DNA of 64,000 bases. Origin: a virus. The position numbers and the translations under genes are program-made. Below are positions 7,744 to 16,546 of the stretch, piece by piece (position 1 is the first letter of the stretch; each line of letters opens with the position of its first letter). Under the pieces are notes generated by a model that saw only the letters and a list, made by a program, of their open reading frames with translations, was not told the DNA's origin and ran no database searches. The DNA lies in IMG/VR virus record IMGVR_UViG_3300035171_000016, positions 83,761 to 147,760 of that record, one strand, 5' to 3'.

Positions 7744-9876
7744 ATGAATAAAGAAAAAGAAGCGGTTAATTATTTAGAAGAAATTTCAAACTTTATATTT
7801 TTAAGTAAATATAGTAGATATAACGAAAAATTAGAAAGAAGAGAGTCTTGGGCAGAGGCGGTTGGTAGAGTAGAGCAAATGCATCTTAAAAAATACTCCT
7901 ATCTTTCAGAATTAGATAAAAAAATAATCTCAAAAGCTTTTGATTCGGTTAGAGATAAAAGAGTTGTTCCGTCAATGCGCTCCCTGCAATTTGGTGGTAA
8001 GGCTATCGAGGCCAAAAACGAAAGAATTTATAACTGTGCCGTTAGGCACGTTGATTCTCTAAGAGCTTTTTCAGAAGTATTTTATCTTCTCTTATGCGGG
8101 TGTGGAGTAGGTCTAGGATTATCTAAATATTTTCTTAATAGAATTCCTGACTTAGTTGGAGAAAAAGATAAGACCGGAACCGTATTAACTTATCAAGTTT
8201 TAGATTCTATTGAAGGCTGGGCCGATTCTTTAGAGGTATTATTAATGTGTTATTTTAAAAACACTCCTTTGACTGGAAGAAAAATTGTATTTGATTATTC
8301 TAAAATTAGACCAGAAGGTTCTCTACTTAAAACAGGCGGCGGTAAGGCACCCGGATATAAAGGTTTAAAGTTTTGCCATAAAAAGATTAAAGAACTTCTT
8401 GACCATGTTATAGAATATAAACATCAAAATCGTTTAAAATCTGTAGATGCCTATGATATAATCATGCACGCCGCCGACGCCGTATTAAGTGGCGGAGTAA
8501 GAAGAAGTTCTACAAGCGTTATCTTTGATAAGGATGACGAAGACATGATTAACGCAAAAGCTAAATTTAAAGTTGATAAGGTTTTTACTTTTCATTGTAT
8601 CGGAGAAGAAACTCTAGGCGGATTTACTAATAAAATTTATGAAGGTAAAATTAATTTTGAAGGAACTAGAAGAGAAATTCAAATTAAAGATTACGAACTA
8701 GAAGACCTACAAAAAAATAATCTAGTAAGTTGGAGCCATCTTTTTCCTCAAAGGGCTAGGTCTAATAACAGCGTATTATTACTAAGAGATAGTACCACTC
8801 AAAAAGAATTTAATGATATTCTTCAAAGAACCAAGCAGTTTGGCGAGCCCGGTTTCGTATGGGGGAACCATCCTTGGCAATTATTTAATCCATGTTTTGA
8901 AATAGGTTTTATTCCTGTAACAAAAGATGGTATTTGTGGAGTACAATTCTGTAATTTAAGCTCTCAAAACGGAAGAAAAATTACATCTTTGGAGGAATTC
9001 AGAGAATCGGTTGTGTCCGCTACTATTATTGGAACCTTACAGGCAGGATATACTCATTTTCCATACCTATCAAAAGCCGCAGAAGAGCTTACTAAAGAAG
9101 AGGCATTATTAGGCGTTAGTATTACTGGAATTATGGATAATCCAGATATTATCCTAAATCCTGACATACAAAAAGAAATGGCAAAATTAGCAGTACAAAT
9201 CAATAAAGAATGGAGCAAGAAAATAGGTATTAATCAGGCCGCAAGAATTACTTGTGTTAAACCAGAAGGTACTTCTAGTTTGGTATTAGGAACTGGTTCG
9301 GGAATCCATCCTCACCATGATAGAAGATATTTTAGAAGAGTAATGGCCAACAAAAATGAGAATATCTATAAACATTTTAAAAAGGTAAATTCTAAACTAG
9401 TTGAGCCTTCAGTTTGGTCTGCTACTAAAACGGATGATGTTATTACTTTTCCTATAGAAGTATCTAGTAAAGCTATTATCAAAAAGGATTTAAATGCCAT
9501 TAAGCATTTAGAGTACATTAAATCAACTCAACAAAACTGGGTTCTATCAGGAACCACAGAAGTTAATTCTAAGCCGGTAGAACACAATGTTAGCTGTACA
9601 GTTATCGTTAAAGATACAGAATGGGATAGCATTTCTAAATTTATCTATGAAAATAGAAGGTTTTATGCAGCTATTTCTTTCGTACCAGATGGTAGCGATA
9701 AAATATACCAACAATCTCCTATGGAAGCCGTAGTAGATGAAAAAGACGAAATTAATTGGAATAATATTATTGCTCATTTTAATAAGGTAGATTATAAGTC
9801 TCTTAAAGAAAACGACGATAATACCGCTCATATTCAGGAAATAGTTTGTGCTGGAGGGGCTTGTCAACTAATTTAA
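7744..9876 (+). CDS. nrdJ: class II (B12-dependent, monomeric RTPR-type) ribonucleotide reductase
   Basis: PSMRSLQFGG, YNCA, GGVRRS, SNNS, GEPG, NPCFEI, FCNL, TCVKPEGTSS, C-terminal CAGGAC. Confidence 0.92.
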   Translation: MNKEKEAVNYLEEISNFIFLSKYSRYNEKLERRESWAEAVGRVEQMHLKKYSYLSELDKKIISKAFDSVRDKRVVPSMRSLQFGGKAIEAKNERIYNCAVRHVDSLRAFSEVFYLLLCGCGVGLGLSKYFLNRIPDLVGEKDKTGTVLTYQVLDSIEGWADSLEVLLMCYFKNTPLTGRKIVFDYSKIRPEGSLLKTGGGKAPGYKGLKFCHKKIKELLDHVIEYKHQNRLKSVDAYDIIMHAADAVLSGGVRRSSTSVIFDKDDEDMINAKAKFKVDKVFTFHCIGEETLGGFTNKIYEGKINFEGTRREIQIKDYELEDLQKNNLVSWSHLFPQRARSNNSVLLLRDSTTQKEFNDILQRTKQFGEPGFVWGNHPWQLFNPCFEIGFIPVTKDGICGVQFCNLSSQNGRKITSLEEFRESVVSATIIGTLQAGYTHFPYLSKAAEELTKEEALLGVSITGIMDNPDIILNPDIQKEMAKLAVQINKEWSKKIGINQAARITCVKPEGTSSLVLGTGSGIHPHHDRRYFRRVMANKNENIYKHFKKVNSKLVEPSVWSATKTDDVITFPIEVSSKAIIKKDLNAIKHLEYIKSTQQNWVLSGTTEVNSKPVEHNVSCTVIVKDTEWDSISKFIYENRRFYAAISFVPDGSDKIYQQSPMEAVVDEKDEINWNNIIAHFNKVDYKSLKENDDNTAHIQEIVCAGGACQLI

Positions 9877-9878
9877 TA

Positions 9879-9904
9879 TTTCACAGTTGGTATATATGGT
9901 GTAA
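9879..9904 (+). promoter_or_regulatory. putative phage late promoter
   Basis: TTTCAC-N14-GTGTAA, 9 nt before ATG 9914; motif recurs before structural genes. Confidence 0.65.
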
Positions 9905-9913
9905 AAACCATAT

Positions 9914-10465
9914 ATGAGAAGAAATAAAAAATTAAAACTTGACCTTACTGGACAAAAGTTTGGAGATTTAAGTGTTGTAACATGGACTAAATTTAAAAAT
10001 TTACATCGGGTGTGGATGTGCAAGTGTTCTTGTGGAAAAGAGCATGAGGTTCTTGGAACTCACCTAGTTTCTGGACTTACTAAATCGTGCGGATGTAAAA
10101 ACCATAAAAGTAAATCTGATAGCCCGTGTTGGACTGGATATGGAGATATAAGCGGAGGAATGTTTTCTGGAATTAAGTTAAGAGCCAAAAAATATAATAT
10201 TATATTTAATATTACGATAGAGTATATTTGGAATCTTTTTTTAGAACAAAAAAAGAAATGTGCGTTAAGTGGTATAGAAATAACAATGCCAGAAAAAAGC
10301 GGTTCTAGACCTACCGCATCTCTTGACAGAATTGATTCATCAAAGGGGTATATCGAGGGTAATGTTCAATGGGTTCATAAAGATGTAAATTGGATGAAAA
10401 ATAGCTTTAATCAAGATTATTTTATTTTTATATGCAAGCAAATAGCAAATAATAACACTATATAA
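9914..10465 (+). CDS. HNH-type homing endonuclease
   Basis: DLTGQKFGDL...WMCKCSCG...TKSCGC N-terminus; CALSG...ASLDRIDSSKGYIEGNVQWVHKDVNWMK. Confidence 0.85.
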   Translation: MRRNKKLKLDLTGQKFGDLSVVTWTKFKNLHRVWMCKCSCGKEHEVLGTHLVSGLTKSCGCKNHKSKSDSPCWTGYGDISGGMFSGIKLRAKKYNIIFNITIEYIWNLFLEQKKKCALSGIEITMPEKSGSRPTASLDRIDSSKGYIEGNVQWVHKDVNWMKNSFNQDYFIFICKQIANNNTI

Positions 10466-10538
10466 TTATTATTTATTTTATTATTAAGTGTAAATTTATA
10501 CAAATAAACATATAACAACTATTTAATACTAAAAAATA

Positions 10539-10790
10539 ATGAACGATATGGGAACAGATTCTCAATTACAGGAACTACAGAAAGAGTGGAGAGAAAGTAC
10601 ATCTAGAAAGCTAGATTATCTTACAGAGAAAATAGACGGCCTCCCCTCTTTATTTGCCAATCAATTAGAGTTTAAAACCCTAAAGAATGAAGTAGAAGAG
10701 CTTAAAACTTTCAGAAACAAGGCTCTTGGCGGCATTCTGGTATTTAATTTCCTTATTGCATTAATTGGATATTTAATAGGCCATCATTAA
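10539..10790 (+). CDS. holin-like (XhlA-type coiled coil plus C-terminal TM) protein
   Basis: Coiled N-terminus, single C-terminal TM helix, GTGTAA late motif at 10488. Confidence 0.45.
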   Translation: MNDMGTDSQLQELQKEWRESTSRKLDYLTEKIDGLPSLFANQLEFKTLKNEVEELKTFRNKALGGILVFNFLIALIGYLIGHH

Positions 10791-10796
10791 ATAAAG

Positions 10797-10825
10797 TTGA
10801 CTATTTTCATATAAAACTATATAAT
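10797..10825 (+). promoter_or_regulatory. sigma70-type early promoter (leaderless)
   Basis: TTGACT-17nt-TATAAT, 6 nt before ATG 10832. Confidence 0.75.
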
Positions 10826-10831
10826 TAATCA

Positions 10832-11626
10832 ATGTTGACATATGTTATTATAGACTATAATCGTCCCTTTGAGAGTGAATTATGTTTAAAATCTATACAT
10901 AAATACTCTAAATTCGATTATAAAATTGTATATCTCTCAAATGGCGGAGAGCAAGACTATGCTATTAACTTTTATAAAAATTCTCTAATAGATAAGTTAA
11001 TTCTAAGAAAAAAGAACTCTGGATGCGGACTCGCAATGAGAGAGGCTTTTAATGATTTTGACCTAGAATCCGATTATATTGCTTTAATTCAGTGTGACCA
11101 ATTCCTTATTAGAGAATACTCTAAAGAAGAGCTAGATTACCATATAAGCCTCTTAGAAAGTAAAAGGCACCTTTATATTGATTTGGCCGGAAATCAAGGC
11201 AATGGCAATCCTAGCGAAAGAGCGCACCTAATAAATAAATATGAGTACCGTAAGATTCCAAATACAATTGGTGGTCCCGGCCCATATGCTAATGAGGTTT
11301 GGACTGAAAAATCGTTTCAAGATTATATAAAAAATAATAATTTATCGTTTTTTACTTGCCCACTTTTATTTGCCGATAATGGTAAAATATCTAGAAGAGA
11401 ATATCCGTGTGGGGGAGAGCTGATTCAGTATACCGATGAAAAATCTGTTTTTATTACCAAGCCAATTAAAAATAGAGTAGATTTTCCAAACTTACATCTT
11501 ACCGATAAAGAATGGTCTGATATTATTCAAAATAAATGGATTAACGGTACTGTTCCAGAAATGCATAAAAAAGATAGCTTTTTATACTGGAGAGAACCAT
11601 ATACAACTAAAAATACAAATGTCTAA
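10832..11626 (+). CDS. glycosyltransferase, GT-A/GT2-like
   Basis: VIIDYNRP...CLKSI, LSNGG, NSGCG, IALIQCDQ. Confidence 0.7.
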   Translation: MLTYVIIDYNRPFESELCLKSIHKYSKFDYKIVYLSNGGEQDYAINFYKNSLIDKLILRKKNSGCGLAMREAFNDFDLESDYIALIQCDQFLIREYSKEELDYHISLLESKRHLYIDLAGNQGNGNPSERAHLINKYEYRKIPNTIGGPGPYANEVWTEKSFQDYIKNNNLSFFTCPLLFADNGKISRREYPCGGELIQYTDEKSVFITKPIKNRVDFPNLHLTDKEWSDIIQNKWINGTVPEMHKKDSFLYWREPYTTKNTNV

Positions 11627-12458
11627 AATATTCTTAGCAATATCAACCGGCGCAGGAGAAATAGAAAATATTAAAGAGTTAACAGCTAGTTTCTATAATT
11701 TTGATGGATTAGCAGTTACATATCATGGCACAAAAGAAGACGAGGAATATAAATTATTAGAAAATAGGAAAGGTAATGGATTTGTTGAAATAATTCCTTA
11801 TTTTGGACACCACGGACATGATTTAAATCATATTTTATTTAATCCTAAAATAGACCAATCTAGCTGGCTTTTATTAAGAGATAGTAGTGAAAGAGTAAAT
11901 CCAGACTTTGCCGCCAATATTAAAGATTTTATAAAAATGCTAGAATATAATGGTATAAATACTGTATATAATTATAGTAAATTATTACTTTTTAAAAGAT
12001 TTCCGCATCAATATTTTGTTAATAGTCCGCATTGGGGTTTGGTAGGAGTACAAGATAAGATGATTTCCATAGAAGCCTCTGGCCTTTTTAGCAGAGAAGA
12101 AGATTATTGTTATAGTATAAGAAATAGAAATAGAGATAAATATCATTTTGTATGGCATTATTTAAAATATTTCTCTAATATTCTTGATAGTAATCATTGT
12201 CTTTTAGGAAACGAAAAGAACCAAAACCAATTTCAAATTGATGAAGGGAACCGTAGACAATTTAGACGCTATTTAGAAACAAATAATTATCTCCCCTTAA
12301 CGCCGGAGAAATTTATTTGGATTTGTAATAATAAATTAGAAGATATTAAATATCTAATAAATAACAATAAAATACTAAATGATGCCTATAGATATTTAGT
12401 ATTAAAACAAACAGATTTTAATGATGACCACGATAATAATAATCTTGTTAAAATATGA
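11619..12458 (+). CDS. glycosyltransferase-like (GT2-type fold)
   Basis: WLLLRDSSER (D-x-x-E), PHWGL; adjacent to a GT2-like gene. Confidence 0.5.
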   Translation: MSKIFLAISTGAGEIENIKELTASFYNFDGLAVTYHGTKEDEEYKLLENRKGNGFVEIIPYFGHHGHDLNHILFNPKIDQSSWLLLRDSSERVNPDFAANIKDFIKMLEYNGINTVYNYSKLLLFKRFPHQYFVNSPHWGLVGVQDKMISIEASGLFSREEDYCYSIRNRNRDKYHFVWHYLKYFSNILDSNHCLLGNEKNQNQFQIDEGNRRQFRRYLETNNYLPLTPEKFIWICNNKLEDIKYLINNNKILNDAYRYLVLKQTDFNDDHDNNNLVKI

Positions 12459-12712
12459 ATAAAAAAAACAAAACACTAATCAAAATAGTTGAAAAAGACT
12501 TAATGAAAGATGAAGTCTGGGGATATGCGTATGTAAATAAGAATCTAATTGAATTAGAACAATTAATGAAAGGTAGAAGAAGATTTTCTGTACTTATTCA
12601 CGAATTAGTTCATAAAGCGTTACCAGAGTTAACCGAAAAAGAAACAACAAGAGTTGAGAAAATTTTATTCAGAAACTTGTGGGCGCAAAATTATAGGAAA
12701 GTTGACCAATGA
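12455..12712 (+). CDS. small HExxH zincin-like protein
   Basis: WGYA...I.L...VLIHELVH...P...E. Confidence 0.6.
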   Translation: MNKKNKTLIKIVEKDLMKDEVWGYAYVNKNLIELEQLMKGRRRFSVLIHELVHKALPELTEKETTRVEKILFRNLWAQNYRKVDQ

Positions 12713-13428
12713 TAAATTTAATAAATATTAAAACTTTAAAAACTGGCGAAGGTTTTGATGTATATATAGGTAGATATAATAAAGCTGGAGAATTTCCCGA
12801 ATCAATATGGAAAAATCCTTATATAATTGGCGTTCATGGCGATAGAGAGTTTTGTATAGAAAAATATAAATTATATTTAAATACAAGGCCAGATTTGCTT
12901 AGAAGATTAGGAGATTTAAAAAACAAAACTTTAGGGTGTTGGTGTGTCCCTGAGAAATGTCATGGAGAAATTTTAATAAAACTATCAGAAAGTAAATATA
13001 TCAGGAATTGGTTTAGTAATATGCTGCCATTTGACGAGCCAATGATTTATCAAGATATTATGTTTAAAACTCCTGAAAATTTTTATCAAGCTATGAAGCT
13101 TCCTAAGCATGATATTGCACTAAGAAAAGAGATAGCTGATATGCTTCCATTTGAAGCTAAAAAAGCAATTAGAGATAAATCTAAGTATAAATGGAGAGAA
13201 GACTGGTCACGAGAAAAGGCTCTTAAAATAATGAAATATACTTTAGATTTTAAATTTAAAAAAGGAACTTCTTGGTATAATAAACTAGTAATGACCGAAA
13301 ACTGGGAAATAACAGAATGGAATAACTGGGGAGATTTATATTGGGGCAAAGATATTAACACCGGAAAAGGAGAAAATAATCTAGGAAAAATTTTGATGGA
13401 AATTAGGAGTAATTATAAAAATGATTAA
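12709..13428 (+). CDS. DUF4326-NADAR (YbiA-like) fusion protein
   Basis: N-terminal DVYIGR...WKNPY...LGCWCVPEKCHG (DUF4326); C-terminal WFSNM...TPENFYQAMK...KF...WGDLYWG...GENNLGKILMEIR (NADAR). Confidence 0.85.
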   Translation: MINLINIKTLKTGEGFDVYIGRYNKAGEFPESIWKNPYIIGVHGDREFCIEKYKLYLNTRPDLLRRLGDLKNKTLGCWCVPEKCHGEILIKLSESKYIRNWFSNMLPFDEPMIYQDIMFKTPENFYQAMKLPKHDIALRKEIADMLPFEAKKAIRDKSKYKWREDWSREKALKIMKYTLDFKFKKGTSWYNKLVMTENWEITEWNNWGDLYWGKDINTGKGENNLGKILMEIRSNYKND

Positions 13429-14131
13429 ATTAGAAGACATTTCTAGCGAAATTTCGTTTGATGAGCCAACCCATGTTTATAAAAATAAAAAAGGAAAAAT
13501 ATTAACCTCTGTTACAACCTGTCTCGGAGAATATAAAGAAAAGTTTGACCCGACAGGTATAATTGCTTTAATGTGTGCTAAAAGAGCCGGAATAAGCAAA
13601 GATGAAATGTTAAATAAATGGAAAATAGAAAATAAAAGAGCTTGTGACTACGGACACTCTGTTCACGCTCAAATTGAACATTTTTTAAAAACTCAAGAAA
13701 TAAAAGATACTCCAGAAAAGGATATAGTAGAAGACTTTTCTAAAATAGAATTTAAAGGTAAAATTTATTCAGAATTAAGATTAAAATCTGATAAGTTTTC
13801 ACTGGCGGGTACCTGTGATATAGCGACTCTTGATAAAAAAATGGTGTCAATCCATGATTTAAAGACCAACAAAGCTTTTAATATTAAATCTAAATATGGT
13901 AATAAATTTTTATATCCATTAAATGATTTAGATGAAAACCATTTAACTAGCTATTCTTTACAAATTATTATTTATGGAGAAATGGTAAAAGAACATGGGT
14001 ACGATTTTATACCCGGACAAATACTTTGGATTAATCCTAAAACTAGGAAAATTGAGAAATATGATGTATTAGACCTTAGAAAAGAGGCTAGTAGATTATT
14101 GCATCATTTCAAATCTATTCAAGATTTTTAA
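13421..14131 (+). CDS. PD-(D/E)XK exonuclease (Cas4/RecB-like phage nuclease)
   Basis: H.Y...SVTT, G..VH, SE..L...LAGTCD...IHDLKT, YSLQ..IY. Confidence 0.8.
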   Translation: MIKLEDISSEISFDEPTHVYKNKKGKILTSVTTCLGEYKEKFDPTGIIALMCAKRAGISKDEMLNKWKIENKRACDYGHSVHAQIEHFLKTQEIKDTPEKDIVEDFSKIEFKGKIYSELRLKSDKFSLAGTCDIATLDKKMVSIHDLKTNKAFNIKSKYGNKFLYPLNDLDENHLTSYSLQIIIYGEMVKEHGYDFIPGQILWINPKTRKIEKYDVLDLRKEASRLLHHFKSIQDF

Positions 14132-14135
14132 TATC

Positions 14136-14164
14136 TTGACTTTTTTTGTTTAATGAAATAGAAT
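14136..14164 (+). promoter_or_regulatory. sigma70-type early promoter (leaderless)
   Basis: TTGACT-17nt-TAGAAT, 5 nt before ATG 14170. Confidence 0.65.
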
Positions 14165-14169
14165 ACTTT

Positions 14170-14634
14170 ATGGCTGCTAAAACTTTTTCGTTTTCTAAAC
14201 AATTAAAACAGGGCGAATTAGGCGAGCAATTCTTTATTAAATGTTATCATAATTTAAATCCAAGAAAAAGCTCTGCTAGAGAAGTGGATATTTTCATTAA
14301 TAAAAACGAAACTGTTGAACTAAAATCAGATAGCTATGGAGAGAATTTAACCGAAAACTTTTTTATAGAACTTGTAGGTAATACGGAATCAGGCAAGCTT
14401 GGAGGGGCTCATTTAGCATTAAAAAATGGACTAGATTACTTTGTATATCATTATACTCCAAATAAATCATTTTATTGGTTTCGTCCATCAGATTTAGTAG
14501 ATTTTATTGATAAAAATGGACATGAATTTAAAAGAAAAGAAGTTAAGAATGTAGGTTGGTCAAGTATTGGCCTACTTATACCACGCGATAAAATATCCCA
14601 CCTTATTATTAAAAAAGATATATTTAATGAATAA
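14170..14634 (+). CDS. PD-(D/E)XK endonuclease-like protein
   Basis: G..GE...VDIF......VELKSD...NFFIE; start reassigned to ATG 14170. Confidence 0.65.
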   Translation: MAAKTFSFSKQLKQGELGEQFFIKCYHNLNPRKSSAREVDIFINKNETVELKSDSYGENLTENFFIELVGNTESGKLGGAHLALKNGLDYFVYHYTPNKSFYWFRPSDLVDFIDKNGHEFKRKEVKNVGWSSIGLLIPRDKISHLIIKKDIFNE

Positions 14635-14839
14635 TAATATTTTTACTTGTAAAATTGAAGATTTAAAAGATTTTAGTCTTGTAATTCCGACTAAAGACTG
14701 TTACTATTTACCTGATGATGTTATAGTTATAAACGAGCATAGAAAAGTTTTAACCTGTGCAAAAATTTCTTCTTATAATACTTTGATAAAAAAGTATATA
14801 GAAGTAGTCGAAGAACCAAAAACATATAGAAAAAAATAA
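14627..14839 (+). CDS. hypothetical protein
   Basis: ATG overlapping the end of the upstream gene. Confidence 0.5.
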   Translation: MNNNIFTCKIEDLKDFSLVIPTKDCYYLPDDVIVINEHRKVLTCAKISSYNTLIKKYIEVVEEPKTYRKK

Positions 14840-14840
14840 T

Positions 14841-15044
14841 ATGGGAACAGCAGACAATATTCTAGAAAACATTAAACTTTTAGAAGACCAAAAACTTCAA
14901 TATATTCTTGCGGTCTGGACTCCAGAAACAAAGAATGATAAAGATGTTGTTAATTTGTATACTAATTTTGAAAAGGGCGAGGTAAAAAAACTTATAGAGG
15001 TTTTAAAAGGCGCGACGGTAGACGCCATTCAAAAAAAACCGTAA
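14841..15044 (+). CDS. hypothetical protein
   Basis: operon ORF. Confidence 0.55.
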   Translation: MGTADNILENIKLLEDQKLQYILAVWTPETKNDKDVVNLYTNFEKGEVKKLIEVLKGATVDAIQKKP

Positions 15045-15045
15045 T

Positions 15046-15804
15046 ATGAATAAAAATATTTTACCAATATTTTCTTCTCATTTTTCTTTAGGAAAGTCAA
15101 CTCTTACTTTGGAAAAACCAGAGCCGATAGAGGATAATAAGCCTATTTCAATTTTTTCTATAGCTAAAGAAAACAAGTTAACTGAAATTTATTTAGTTGA
15201 AAATAATTTTAGTGGTTTTATTCAGGCTTATAAAACGTCCAAAGATAATAAAATTAATCTTAAATTCGGATTAAAATTAGTAATTTGTAATGATTTAGCC
15301 GACAAATCCGAAGCCTCCTTTAAAACAGAGTCAAAGGTTATTATATGGATGAAAAATTCTGATGCTTATAAAGATTTAATTCGTATATATTCAAAGGCCG
15401 CGACTGATGGATTTTATTATTTACCAAGATTAGATTGGAAACATTTACAAGAAATGTTTACTAATAATTTAATACTTTCTATTCCTAGTTATGGTTCATT
15501 CTTACATAATAATCTTTTAAAGGGGTACGAGTGTGTTCCAGATTTCGGAAAATTAAAATATAATATAATGTATAGTAGGATGTCGCTTCCATTTGACTTT
15601 CTGATTGAGGAAAACCATAAGAACTATGCTAAAAATAATAATATTGAGATATTAGAAACACATCCTATTTATTTTTATAGCCTAAAACAGTTAGATTCAT
15701 ATATTTGCTTTAAGGCAATCCATAAAAGAGGTCAGTTTTCTGCTCCTAAAATTGATAATCACGGTTCTTCCGATTTTTGTTGGGAAAATTATAAAAATAA
15801 ATAG
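15046..15804 (+). CDS. stand-alone PHP domain of DNA polymerase III alpha
   Basis: SHFSLGKS, GFIQAYK...LKFGL, MKNSDAYKDLIRIYSKA...GFYYLPRLD. Confidence 0.8.
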   Translation: MNKNILPIFSSHFSLGKSTLTLEKPEPIEDNKPISIFSIAKENKLTEIYLVENNFSGFIQAYKTSKDNKINLKFGLKLVICNDLADKSEASFKTESKVIIWMKNSDAYKDLIRIYSKAATDGFYYLPRLDWKHLQEMFTNNLILSIPSYGSFLHNNLLKGYECVPDFGKLKYNIMYSRMSLPFDFLIEENHKNYAKNNNIEILETHPIYFYSLKQLDSYICFKAIHKRGQFSAPKIDNHGSSDFCWENYKNK

Positions 15805-15897
15805 TTAGAAACAAAAAAAATATTTAATTATTTATATAAAAATATAAATTTCTCATTAAAAAGAAAACTTAATGAATTTAAAAAAATAATATGCTAG
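15805..15897 (+). pseudogene. C-terminal remnant of a LAGLIDADG homing endonuclease
   Basis: Spacer translates as LETKKIFNYLYKNINFSLKRKLNEF, matching the C-terminus of the 30162 HEG (IMDYLYKDNLYLSLDRK). Confidence 0.5.
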
Positions 15898-16538
15898 ATT
15901 CCAAACTACTAAAATACAATATATCAAATTATAAATTTCTCTGTTTCGACGTTGAGAGCGAGGGATTAAATCTTCTAAAATCAAGGCCATGGGAAATCGC
16001 ATGGACTGTTTATCACGGCTATAATAAGATAGAAAGCCATCAACACTTCGTAAAATGGCACGAGCTTAATGTTTCTATTGGTGCGGCTAAGGCCACAGGA
16101 TTTAACCCGGCCATAATTGAAGAAAAAGGTGAAAATCCTAAAGATGTTATTGACTTATTTGATAATTATATATACAATAAGGAATACAAATTAATTACGG
16201 CTAATGGGCTAGGCTTTGATACCTATATTCATAATTTATCAAGAAAACTATTGGGATATAAAACTGATTATTCCTATTTAGATAGGATGTACGATATTTT
16301 ATCAATGGGTAGGGCCTATAGACTAGGAATAAAACCGCCGGAAGAAAAAAAAGATTTTTTAGCATGGCAATATCGCCTTTTGCAGATTTTTCAGAAAGGG
16401 CTAAAATGTAAAAACGCAGAGCTAGCTAGAGAGTTCGGTTTTGAAGTTGACGAATCAAAACTACATATTGGAGCATATGATTGCGAATTAACCGCATTTT
16501 CATTCTTTAATTTAATTAAAAAAATAGATATACAATAA
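15891..16538 (+). CDS. DEDDh 3'-5' exonuclease (DnaQ/epsilon-like)
   Basis: ExoI FDVESEG, ExoII ANGLGFD, ExoIII HIGAYD. Confidence 0.85.
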   Translation: MLDSKLLKYNISNYKFLCFDVESEGLNLLKSRPWEIAWTVYHGYNKIESHQHFVKWHELNVSIGAAKATGFNPAIIEEKGENPKDVIDLFDNYIYNKEYKLITANGLGFDTYIHNLSRKLLGYKTDYSYLDRMYDILSMGRAYRLGIKPPEEKKDFLAWQYRLLQIFQKGLKCKNAELAREFGFEVDESKLHIGAYDCELTAFSFFNLIKKIDIQ

Positions 16539-16546
16539 TTAATATA

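Noticed and set aside
15802-15897. TAG readthrough or alternative genetic code
   Set aside because: Long genes are intact under code 11 and TAG ends several genes normally. The extension looks like a HEG remnant.
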